Assembly (NCBI GenBank): GCA_963848285.1
Contig: CAWKCZ010000003.1
Span: 67-64,066 of the forward strand
Origin: an uncultured delta proteobacterium
GTDB taxonomy: Bacteria; Desulfobacterota; Binatia; Binatales; Binataceae
Direction: 5' to 3'
Length of the DNA: 64,000 bases
Of this stretch, positions 24,579-33,659 are shown piece by piece. Position numbers and translations under genes: made by a program. Below the pieces are notes generated by a model, which saw only the letters and a program-made list of their open reading frames with translations, made no database searches and was not told the DNA's origin. Position 1 is the first letter of the stretch. Every line of letters begins with the position of its first letter.

Positions 24579-25144
24579 ATGGCACATGGCCACATCGAGG
24601 CGAATCACAAAGTTCAGCATGCATATCCGCGCAATGTGAAATTCTGCCCGATGTGCGGCGGCGCGCTGGAGACACGGATCGTCGCGCCCGATAACAAAGA
24701 GAACAAGGTCTGCAGCCAGTGCGGATTTGTCTACTTCCTGGCGCCCAAGCTGGTCGCCGGATGCATCATCGCCGACGGCAATCGCACGCTGCTGCTACGG
24801 CGCGGCCTGGAGCCCTCGCAGGGCAAATGGACTTATCCGGGAGGGTTCGTCGATTTGGGCGAGACGCCGGAAAGCTGCGCGATGCGCGAAACCATGGAGG
24901 AAGTCGGCATGACGGTGCGTGACCCGGAGTTGCTCGGCATCTATGCGCGATCGGCAACGAGCCCCCTCCGATCATGGTCGTGACCTATCTCGCGAAGCCC
25001 GGTCCCGAAGCTCCCATCGTCACGCCCGAAGCGACCGAGGTCCGCTACTTCGGCGTCGATGAGATTGCGTGGAACGAGCTCGCGTTCGACACGACCATCC
25101 AGGCGCTGGAAGCGTGGGCTGCGCGCGTGAAAAAGCAGCATTAG
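24579..25144 (+). CDS. NUDIX hydrolase with N-terminal Zn ribbon
   Basis: FCPMCG...CSQCG; Nudix box GFVDLGETPESCAMRETMEEVG. Confidence 0.9.
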
Positions 25145-25229
25145 CGATACTGACTGAATCGTGCTAAGCATCTAATGACCACGGTCACCGATGGCCATGG
25201 GAAATCACTCACTCAGTTGGAGGTGATCC

Positions 25230-25433
25230 ATGGAACGGGTGGAGATAGTTGGGGCTAGCCTGTTCGTCCTGCGCACGCGTCAGTTGAGCGCGACCTGTTG
25301 GTGCTGCGATGTCTGGGAGAAGCATCCGGACCACGCACCGCACGAATCCGAAGAAACCTTCCTGCTCGAAGACTACGGCGAGAGCGAGTTGGAGGCCGTC
25401 GCGATGGCGCTCAGCGACGCCTACGGCCACTGA
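25230..25433 (+). CDS. Small acidic hypothetical protein (67 aa)
   Basis: GGAGGTGA RBS; fills the gap between NUDIX and ligase; CWCC motif. Confidence 0.6.
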   Translation: MERVEIVGASLFVLRTRQLSATCWCCDVWEKHPDHAPHESEETFLLEDYGESELEAVAMALSDAYGH

Positions 25434-25441
25434 GAGTGACG

Positions 25442-27156
25442 CTACTGTGAGGCGGGTTTTTCTGCCAACGGTTTGACCGCCTGGCGCTCGTAATCCTGCG
25501 TCATCGTGGCGATGGTGTCTGCCTCCTCGGCGGCCTTGTCGTCTCGGATCGCGACGATGCGTGCGAAACGCAGCGCCATCCCGCTCGCGTACTGCGGGCT
25601 GCGCTGGATGTCGCTGTAGGCGACCTCGACCACGACCTCGGGGCGCACGGTCACGGTGCCGTGCGCGTCCTCGATTTTGATGCGATAGCAGGCTGTCGGT
25701 GATCGCTTCGAATTGCGCATCAGTCAGGCCTTTGAAGGTCTTGCCGACTTCGGCGAATCCACCGTGAGTCTCATCGCGCGCCGCAAGATGATAGTTCGAG
25801 AGCCATCCCTTGCGCCGTCCGTAGCCCCAGTCCGCCGCGACGATCACCAAATCCAGTGTGCGCGCGTTTTTGATTTTAAGCCATCCGCGGCCGCGCGCGC
25901 CCGGGCGTGTATTTGCTCGCGAGCGATTTGGCGACCACGCCCTCGAAGCCCGCCTCGATCGCATGCCGATAAAATTCCTGGGCCTCGGCAAGCGACTTCG
26001 GTGAACTGCGCCCCACCATTTCGATGCCGGCTGACTGCGCGACCTCGGTCAGCGCCGCGACGCGTTCCGTGTACGGCCTGTCGATCCACAACTCGCCGTC
26101 CAGCGCGATGAGGTCGAAGACAAAGAGCCGTATCGCGAGCTCGGCGCGGGCGCGTTCGATTTCGCGCCGCCGCCCGAGCCGCCGCATCAGCTCCTGGAAT
26201 GCGAGGGTGTTCCCTTCCGCGTCGATGGCGATGACCTCGCCGTCGAAGATGACATTGCGATCGCCCAGCGCGCTCATCTGCTCGACGACCTCGGGCAGGC
26301 TCTGCGTGATCTCGTTGAGGCGTCGCGAAAAGATGCGTGTGACGCCTTCCGCGTGATGAATCTGCACCCGCGCGCCATCGAGTTTGTGTTCGAGCGCGAA
26401 CTCGCCGCCGAGGATCGAAAACGCATCGGCGATTTCGTTGGCGGGTTGCGCGAGCATCGGCTTGAGCGGCTTCATCGCACGCGCCCGCTCGATGGCCGGG
26501 GCCGGCGCATCGACATCCGACAGCGTCGCGCCCGCTTCGCTGCGCATGTCGCGCACCACGCGTCCGAGGTCGCCCTCGAGCATGTGCGCCCGACGCACCA
26601 CCGCGACCGGCTTCTGCGCCATCTTCGCGATCGCCTCGAGCATGATGCCGTCGCTCATCCCATGGCGCATCTCTCGAATCAGCACCTTGGTCAGATATTT
26701 TCCTTCCAGCGCGGTCGCACGCTCGAAGAGCGATTGGAGTTCGGCGTTTTTGCGAGCGCGCGAGGCGCGCCCCTCGATGTCCGCGATTTCGGCGAACTTG
26801 GCGGCAACTTGACGTAGAGTTAGCGCCGGCGCCGGCTCCGCCGCGCGCAGCCTGAGCAGCATGCCGATGGCGTCGCCGAAATCCTCGGCGGAATTGTAGA
26901 TGTCCTCGCCCTGGTCACCCTGATCCTGGGCGCCGGTCATCGCGACGACGATTTTCCAGATCGCGCGCCCGCTGATTTGCAGGCGCTTCTCCTCGCCCTG
27001 CTGGAGCGAACGGCCAACCATGAAGCGCGCCGCGATCTCAGCTTCATCAATATCCAACCGCGCGAGAAAATCGCCGACGATCTCTGCCATCTGCAGACGG
27101 CTGCCGGTCTGGCTGAGCGACTGGCAAACCTCCGCGAACTCCTGAAATGACGCCAC
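25442..27156 (-). CDS. ATP-dependent DNA ligase, LigB/archaeal-type (frameshifted)
   Basis: [37 protein letters not shown]. Confidence 0.93.
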
Positions 27157-27399
27157 GGTGCGATTAAGTCGCGAAATCCCACACACGCGCAATAGCGACG
27201 AGGTTTACTCTTGCGGTTGACTTGCCAAATGGCCCACGGCGGCTGAAGTTTCGGCGCTACGTTCCGCCACCCAGATGTAGCGATCGGTGTCAGCATCATC
27301 GCGGCGAATGGCACGATCGGCGACTCGACGTGGCCTCGATTGATGTTTTACCGAGAGCAATGGGTCGTCTTTGCGGGCCTTTCGAGGAGCCGAGGCCGT

Positions 27400-27415
27400 T
27401 GGCAGGAGCTTTGCT
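27400..27415 (+). promoter_or_regulatory. Sigma54 -24/-12 promoter
   Basis: TGGCAGGAGCTTTGCT has GG-N10-GC spacing and lies 46 bp upstream of ATG 27461. Confidence 0.7.
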
Positions 27416-27460
27416 GTTCCTTGGTCTATGACGTGTAAATTCGCGCCAAGGATATGAACC

Positions 27461-27715
27461 ATGGCTACTGAAAAGGACCGGCTAGGGCAAAAACTTCACG
27501 ACGCCGAGGCTGCCCTCGAAGACCAGTGGGCGCGCCAGCACGACGCCGAACTGCTCGAACAGATCCGCCAAAGGCTGACCAGCGCGTTGCATTGCCTCAA
27601 GTGCGGCAAGACTCTTCAGAGCAGGTCGCTCGGTAAGGCGCGCGCTTTCGCTTGCCCCGACGGTCATGGCGCGTGGATAGACGAAGCTACCCTCGGCGCC
27701 ATCGCGGCGAGTTGA
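27461..27715 (+). CDS. Small helical protein with zf-TFIIB-like Zn ribbon
   Basis: CLKCG...CPDGHGAW; charged N-terminal helix. Confidence 0.75.
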   Translation: MATEKDRLGQKLHDAEAALEDQWARQHDAELLEQIRQRLTSALHCLKCGKTLQSRSLGKARAFACPDGHGAWIDEATLGAIAAS

Positions 27716-27725
27716 CGGCAACCCG

Positions 27726-28169
27726 ATGGCTCGCCGAAACAGCACCCGCGCTCCATCCACCGGAACGGCCGCGCCCGCGCGAATGCCGGTCCTGGTGCTG
27801 CTCTCCAACGACAAGGAGTTACTCGTAACGGTTCGCAGGGCCGCCGCGCTGGGCTGGACGATCGTCACCTCGGAAATTAGCGATCTCGCGAGTCTCATCC
27901 GCGAGCCCCATGTGAAGCTGGTGATTTTCGACGATGAATCGGTCGCCGCTTCCGATCGCGGATGGGTGCTGACCGAAATTCGGCGCTGCGCCTCGCGCGC
28001 TTCCATCATCTATATCGCCGGCGACCATGACCATGAGGGTGAGAAGCTGGCACGCGCCCGTGGGGTGCTCTTTTATACCGCCAAGCCGTTGGCTCTCAGT
28101 TACCTAACCTTGCTGCTACAGCGGCAGCTTCAGATGCATAACGGAAATAGCCACCTTGCGAATCCGTAG
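27726..28169 (+). CDS. Stand-alone atypical receiver-domain protein
   Basis: LVIFD, ARARGVLFYTAKP; acidic pocket and Thr/Ser switch residue degenerate. Confidence 0.65.
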   Translation: MARRNSTRAPSTGTAAPARMPVLVLLSNDKELLVTVRRAAALGWTIVTSEISDLASLIREPHVKLVIFDDESVAASDRGWVLTEIRRCASRASIIYIAGDHDHEGEKLARARGVLFYTAKPLALSYLTLLLQRQLQMHNGNSHLANP

Positions 28170-28208
28170 GCGCGCGGGCAAGGATAGTCCCATCATCGTC
28201 ACACGCGA

Positions 28209-28655
28209 GTGCAAATGAAGCGAAGAGAGCTCAGCCTGATAGTGGCCGTCCTTGCGATATTGTCGTTCGCATCATCGGTACGCGCCGGCGACAAGACCTC
28301 CGCCAAGGATGATGTTCGCGCCGGACAGAAATACTTCATGCGCTACTGCGCTTCCTGCCACGGTACCAACGGTACCGGCGACGGACCGGTCGCGAAAAGC
28401 CTCAGCAAGCCGCCCGCCAACCTGCGTCTGCTCTCCGATAGATTCGGATCGCCGCTTCCGGCCGCGAAGTTGGCCGAGCTAATCGACGGACGGGATGCGG
28501 TCCGAGCGCATGGTACCGCAGACATGCCGGTATGGGGCGAGCGGCTCTACTCGACGGGTGAAGGCGAGCGCGGCGAATTGGGCATCAGCGAAGTAATCGG
28601 GAAGATCGTCGCCTACCTGGATACGATCCAGGATCGTCGGCAAGCGATGCGCTGA
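28209..28655 (+). CDS. Periplasmic monoheme cytochrome c
   Basis: Signal peptide, CASCH, HG..DMPVWG (Met ligand). Confidence 0.9.
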   Translation: MQMKRRELSLIVAVLAILSFASSVRAGDKTSAKDDVRAGQKYFMRYCASCHGTNGTGDGPVAKSLSKPPANLRLLSDRFGSPLPAAKLAELIDGRDAVRAHGTADMPVWGERLYSTGEGERGELGISEVIGKIVAYLDTIQDRRQAMR

Positions 28656-28712
28656 GGGTTTAATCGCGTTTTTTTTTGACGCCGACCGCGAATCGGCAAC
28701 GGAAAATAGGGA

Positions 28713-28759
28713 CGCTGCGCGGATCAGGATTCGACGGGTCGTTCGCGAACGACCCCTAC
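28713..28759 (-). repeat. GTAG-type REP, family B, copy 2
   Basis: CGCTGCGCGGATCAGGATTC followed by GGGTCGTTC-GC-GAACGACCC-CTAC, between convergent genes. Confidence 0.8.
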
Positions 28760-28824
28760 GGTTCCTCGGTTGCCACGGCTTCTCAAAGTTGGGCTTCCCA
28801 GTGCACTCCGCGCGGCTATGATCT

Positions 28825-30310
28825 CTATTCGAGGCCGTACTTTTCGATTTTTGCGTAAAGCCGCTTGCGGGAAATTTTCAATGTGCGCGCGGCGTGAACC
28901 TTGTTCCCTCCCGCCATCTCCAGCGCCCGCGCGATGATGTCGCGCTCGGCCTCGGCGAAGGTTCCCACTGCTACCGCGCTGCCTGTCTGCGCCGCCTGAA
29001 CCCGCTTGCCACCAATCGCGGGAGGCAGATTGGACAGCTCGATCATCGGAGTGCGGCCGAAGATGAACGCGCCCTCGATGGCGTTGGAAAGCTCGCGCAC
29101 GTTGCCCGGCCATGAGTACTCGCGCAGGGCCTGCAATGCATCATCCTCGATGCCCGCGACTTGCGTGGGACGGACCAGTTTCTGATTGAACAGATCGATG
29201 AAATGGCCGGCCAGCAGGGGAACATCGTCGATGCGATCGCGCAGCGGCGGAACGTGCAGGATGCTGGCCTGGATCCGATAGTAGAGGTCCTGGCGGAATT
29301 GCCGCTCTCGCATCGCCTCTTCAGGATCGCGATTGGTCGATGCGATCACGCGCACATCGATGGGGACCTCGGCGCTGGCGCCGACCGGCCGCACCCTTCG
29401 TTCCTGGATGGCACGCAGCAGCTTGCTCTGCGTATCCGGATTCATCTCGGTGATTTCATCGAGGAAAAGCGTGCCGCCCTCGGCCGCGCGAAACAGTCCG
29501 AGATATTCCGCCGTCGCGCCGCTGAATGCGCCCCGCTTGTAGCCGAACAGTTCGCTCTCGATGAGTTCCTTGGGAAGCGCGGCGCAGTTGAGCGGAACGA
29601 ACGGCGAATTGGGATTCGGGCCGCATTCGTGAATCGCGCGCGCGACCAGCTCCTTGCCGGTCCCGCTCTCACCCACGATGAGCGCGATGGCGCGGGCGCG
29701 GCCCACCGCCTCGATGCGTCGATAGAGTTCGCGCATCGCGGGACTTTTGCCGACCAGCCCGTGAAAGCGCGTGCGCTCCTCAGGCGGAAGATATTTTCGC
29801 CTCCAGCTCGAGCGCGTGGATGCGCGTCGCTGCCGATGCCCATTGCGATCGCGAGTAGGCATCGACCAGCAAAATAATCCGGATGTGACTGAGCTTGTCG
29901 AATTTGTTGTAGACGTCGGTGGTGGGCGGGGGCTCTTGCGGAAAAACCGCCTGTGCGGCCTCCTCGAACAGGTGCAGCGACGCGATGATCTCCTGCAGCG
30001 GCACGTGATGCTCGGCCAACTCCTCGCCGAGTTTCAGAATCGCGCGCGCATAGCCGTCCATGTCCTTGTGCAGCAGACATTCCTGGTTACGCAGCAGGGC
30101 CGGCTCGAAGATGTTGCGGAATTCGGCCTCCGAAAGCGCGCGCCGATCGCCGAAGTGCAACTGATAGAGTTCGTACCAGACGCTGACGACCTCGCTGCGG
30201 CGGTCGCGAACCGCAGTGAGCACATCATGCAATTCGTCCAGATCCTCATCCCACAAGCAGATGGAAATAGCGAGGCGGATCGACCCGCGTAACATTTTTG
30301 AGAGGTTCAT
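28825..30310 (-). CDS. Sigma54-dependent enhancer-binding protein with N-terminal globin-like (RsbRD_N/protoglobin-type) sensor (frameshift near 29790)
   Basis: GESGTGKE, ESELFG..RGAFSGA, FLDEI, WPGNVREL, Fis-type HTH; N-terminal all-helical domain without receiver motifs. Confidence 0.88.
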
Positions 30311-30609
30311 TCATCGCGAATGCCTTATCGTAAAAGCTCGTTCGCTACACAAATCATAGCCGCGCTACGTCAATGCAGCGATACGCTACGCTAGCGAGAT
30401 CAGATTACTCGCTAACACACTACCATCTGTCCTAGTGGTTACCCCTTTAATGGTCGAGGCTTGCTAGGCGGTGTGACGCAACCCCGACCGAATGTCGATC
30501 AACCACCGTCGATGCCCGGTATCTCTCGCCATAAGACGCTTCCTGCTGCGATAGCCCTTTCCCTGACGTTCTATGTTAAACATGCTTCCCGAATAAGTTT
30601 CTGGGGGAT

Positions 30610-31983
30610 GTGCGTGTGCTAACCATTCTCGGCGGCGGGCCGGCCGGCCTCGGCACCGCTTTCTATGCTCATCGAGCGGGCGTTCCGTTTGTTTTGTTGG
30701 AAAAATCCCCGCACCTGGGCGGCCTATGCCGAACTTTGAAGCATGGGGAGCATTCCTATGATTGCGGCGCCCATCGCTTTCATGATCGCGATGCCGACAT
30801 CACCAATGACGTCCGCGCGCTGATGGGCGACGAGCTGGTGATCGTCGATGCGCCGAGCAAGATTTACGATCGCGGCCGCTTCATCGATTTTCCTCCGACT
30901 CCACTCAACGTGTTGTTCTCAGGATTCAATCTGTTGGAGTCGGGACGGATCGGCATCGAGCTGATTCGTTCGCGTAGCCGCAAAACCCAGCCAGTCTCAT
31001 TCGAGGATTTCGCGGTCGGCCAATTCGGCGAGACGCTCGCACGCCGCCTGCTCCTCAACTACTCGGAAAAGCTGTGGGGGTTGCCGTCAAACGAGTTGTC
31101 GCCCGACGTCGCAACGCGTCGCCTCCAAGGCATGACGCTGATGTCGTTGTTCTTCGAAGTGCTGTTCCCGAAAAAGAAGACCACCCACATCGACGGAAGT
31201 TTCCTTTATCCGCGCGAAGGCTACGGCGACATTGTGGCGACGCTCGAGGAAGGCTTGCCGCCGGAGTCGGTTCGCACCGGAAGCGACATCATGCGCCTCG
31301 AATGCGATCGCAACCGCATCCGACGCATCCACTTTGCCGAGGGACGTCCTCTCGATCCCGACTCGCGCGTCGTCTCGACCTTGCCGCTCACGCTGACAGT
31401 GAAATTTCTCGGCGATGCGGTCTCCGATGAAGTCCGCGAGGCGGTGTCCGCCCTGCGCTTCCGCCACATCCGGATGTTCTTCCTGCGCCTCAATCAGCCC
31501 AGCGTATCCACCAACGCATCGATCTATATTCCCGATCCCAAAAAATGCGTGACGCGGATGTACGAACCCAAGAATCGCTCGCCGAAAATGGCGCCGGCGC
31601 ACGAAACCTCGCTGGTGGTCGAGGTGCCATGCTTCACCGACGATCCGATCTACACCGCCACGACCGAGGACCTCGCGACGCGCGTCGTCGCCGAACTCGA
31701 CAGCATCGGCATCATTAAGGCGGCGAATGTGCTGGAGTGGAAGCATCACTTTTTGCCCAATGCCTACCCGGTCTACTCGCTCAACTACCAGGCGCGGGTA
31801 TCGACGATCATCGAAGGGCTGGGTGCGATTTCAAATCTCGATCTGATCGGACGCGGCGGGCAATTCTTCTACAGCCATCTGCACGATCAACTCCGCTTCG
31901 GAAAGGATTACGTCGCCAATTTTAGCGAAGGCGCGGAACATTCTTCCGAAGCCGCGCTTACCGCATCCGCGGCGAATGGCTAG
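30610..31983 (+). CDS. FAD-dependent oxidoreductase (protoporphyrinogen oxidase/UDP-galactopyranose mutase-like)
   Basis: GGGPAG, GGLCRT, D.GAHRF, FLYP..GYG, AYPVY, GRGGQF.Y. Confidence 0.8.
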   Translation: MRVLTILGGGPAGLGTAFYAHRAGVPFVLLEKSPHLGGLCRTLKHGEHSYDCGAHRFHDRDADITNDVRALMGDELVIVDAPSKIYDRGRFIDFPPTPLNVLFSGFNLLESGRIGIELIRSRSRKTQPVSFEDFAVGQFGETLARRLLLNYSEKLWGLPSNELSPDVATRRLQGMTLMSLFFEVLFPKKKTTHIDGSFLYPREGYGDIVATLEEGLPPESVRTGSDIMRLECDRNRIRRIHFAEGRPLDPDSRVVSTLPLTLTVKFLGDAVSDEVREAVSALRFRHIRMFFLRLNQPSVSTNASIYIPDPKKCVTRMYEPKNRSPKMAPAHETSLVVEVPCFTDDPIYTATTEDLATRVVAELDSIGIIKAANVLEWKHHFLPNAYPVYSLNYQARVSTIIEGLGAISNLDLIGRGGQFFYSHLHDQLRFGKDYVANFSEGAEHSSEAALTASAANG

Positions 31984-32169
31984 CTGATCCGACCGCCGAA
32001 ATAATGGCGCGGCTCGCGCCACCGCATCGAACGGCTGCGGCAATATTGCCGCTCATTTCGCACAATCGCGTCGGCGGTCCGAATCCTCGGGCCGCTTCCA
32101 TTTTTCTCAAGAGACGCGTTCGGACGATTTCGATGCCAAGTTTAAGCAACCGCCTTCACGCAAATTTTC

Positions 32170-32185
32170 CGGCATGCCCCATGCT
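32170..32185 (+). promoter_or_regulatory. Possible sigma54 -24/-12 promoter
   Basis: CGGCATGCCCCATGCT (GG-N10-GC), 42 bp upstream of ATG 32227. Confidence 0.5.
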
Positions 32186-32226
32186 CCCCCATGCGTCGTC
32201 CGACCAGTCAGGAGGTTCGCAGGGGT

Positions 32227-33145
32227 ATGATCGCGAAGGCCACAATCTGTCTTGGCGTGCTCAGTTTGTTGAGTGTGACATTATGGCATCCTGCTTCGGC
32301 ATCGGCGGCCGATAAAGCCGCCAAAGTTTCGTCGTCGCGCGCGACGGAAGCCCGCCTGGAAGCGCTCGAACGGCAAAACCAAATGCTCGAAGACCAGAAT
32401 CGCGCGATCCAGGGCCAGCTCTCGTCGCAAAAATCGGAAATCGACGCCCTCAAGCAGCAGTTGCAAGGCACCGTCGCGCCGGTCGTCAGCCTCCAGCATG
32501 AGATGCCGCAGCTCAAGCAGCAGGTCGCCGAGGTGAAGCGCGCGCAAATCGACCTGCCGCTCGCAAGTAGGATTTCGCGTCGGATGGTCGGAATCGCCCT
32601 ACAACATGCCGGGCGGCGTTTCCTATGGCGCTTACCTGAATCATCTGTTGTTGTCGCCCGAAGACGGCATCCCGGGAGGTTTCGTCAGCGGCGAATTGAT
32701 GGCGGCGTGGATACAGGGAAATCACGCGACTACCAACGCCAACCTGGTGGGGCAATTGACCGGTCAGCCCTCCAGCTCATGGCTTTACACCGTCGAGATT
32801 CAGCCGACCGTGCAGTATCACCTCGATCCCGGACTGATCGGATTTCCCTCGTTGGCATCGATCAAACCGTATGTGCTGGCGGGTCCCGCGATGTGGATCA
32901 ATCTCTTGAGCACGCCACTGGTGGTTAAAAATGGCCCGGGCAAAGGCTATCGCCACTACGACGCCGATATCCAGGGCGGCGGTGTGTTCGGTCTGGGCAC
33001 CGAGGTCTCGCTATCGAGCCTCCGAGTGGAACCGATCCAGCGCATCCTCGACAAGACTTTCGTGGGCGCGGAATGGAGGCACAATCAGTTCGGCAATGGC
33101 CAGGAATTCGAACAATACAGCGGCTCGATCGGCTTCGGATGGTAG
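32227..33145 (+). CDS. Putative outer-membrane beta-barrel protein with N-terminal coiled coil (frameshift near 32570)
   Basis: Signal peptide, heptad region, amphipathic strands, C-terminal YSGSIGFGW. Confidence 0.6.
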
Positions 33146-33186
33146 GCTCATCTGAAGGTTGAGATGTGCTATCATGAGGTGTTCTT

Positions 33187-33294
33187 CCCTCCCCATTGAT
33201 TGGGGGAGGTGTCTCGGCCCAGTTCATGCCATGGCTGCGAGGATGAACTGTGACGAGACGGAGAGGGACCTCAGCTCTGGATTCTGCATCTGCC
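33187..33294 (+). repeat. Structured repeat family A, copy 4
   Basis: CCCTCCCCATTGATTGGGGGAGGTGTCTCG...CGAGACGGAGAGGGACCTCAGCTCTGGATTCTG. Confidence 0.85.
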
Positions 33295-33310
33295 GAATGT
33301 GCTGAAATCG

Positions 33311-33615
33311 CAAAAACAAACCCACTTCTCGGCATCGCCGAGAAGTGGTCCTGAGCGTCCTCGCGAAGGACCTCGAATGGCAAATCATCGACAGTGCTCC
33401 ATTGCACAAACGAACCCACCAAACCTGAGCGGATACGCGCACGCATTACCAAACGAAGCCAAATGATCGAGGGAATTCAAGGCTCTCGCCAAAACGAGGT
33501 CGCGAGGTCTAAAGCAAAAACAAACCCATTCGAATCCGCGCCGTGCGCCTCCTACTCCCTTTACCCTGGCGATTTGTTCTTCCGTGTGATCGCGGAAAGA
33601 CAAAAACAAACCCAC
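33311..33615 (+). repeat. Cluster of short direct repeats AAAC(A/G)AA(C/G)CCA (family E)
   Basis: Copies near 33311, 33407, 33450, 33515 and 33601, plus a degenerate copy near 33490. Confidence 0.7.
33323..33377. repeat. Structured repeat family C, copy 2
   Basis: CACTTCTCGGC-ATC-GCCGAGAAGTG followed by GTCCTGAGCGTCCTCGCGAAGGACCTCGAA. Confidence 0.8.
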
Positions 33616-33659
33616 TCGGAGGGCTTATCGACATCCTGTCGGAATGTGGCGATCACACC

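Noticed and set aside
25442-27156. NHEJ or ligase-associated defence/repair system
   Set aside because: No Ku, primase/polymerase or nuclease partner nearby; stand-alone ligase
33311-33615. Possible CRISPR array
   Set aside because: Repeats are only about 11-14 bp and degenerate, spacing is irregular, and there are no cas genes
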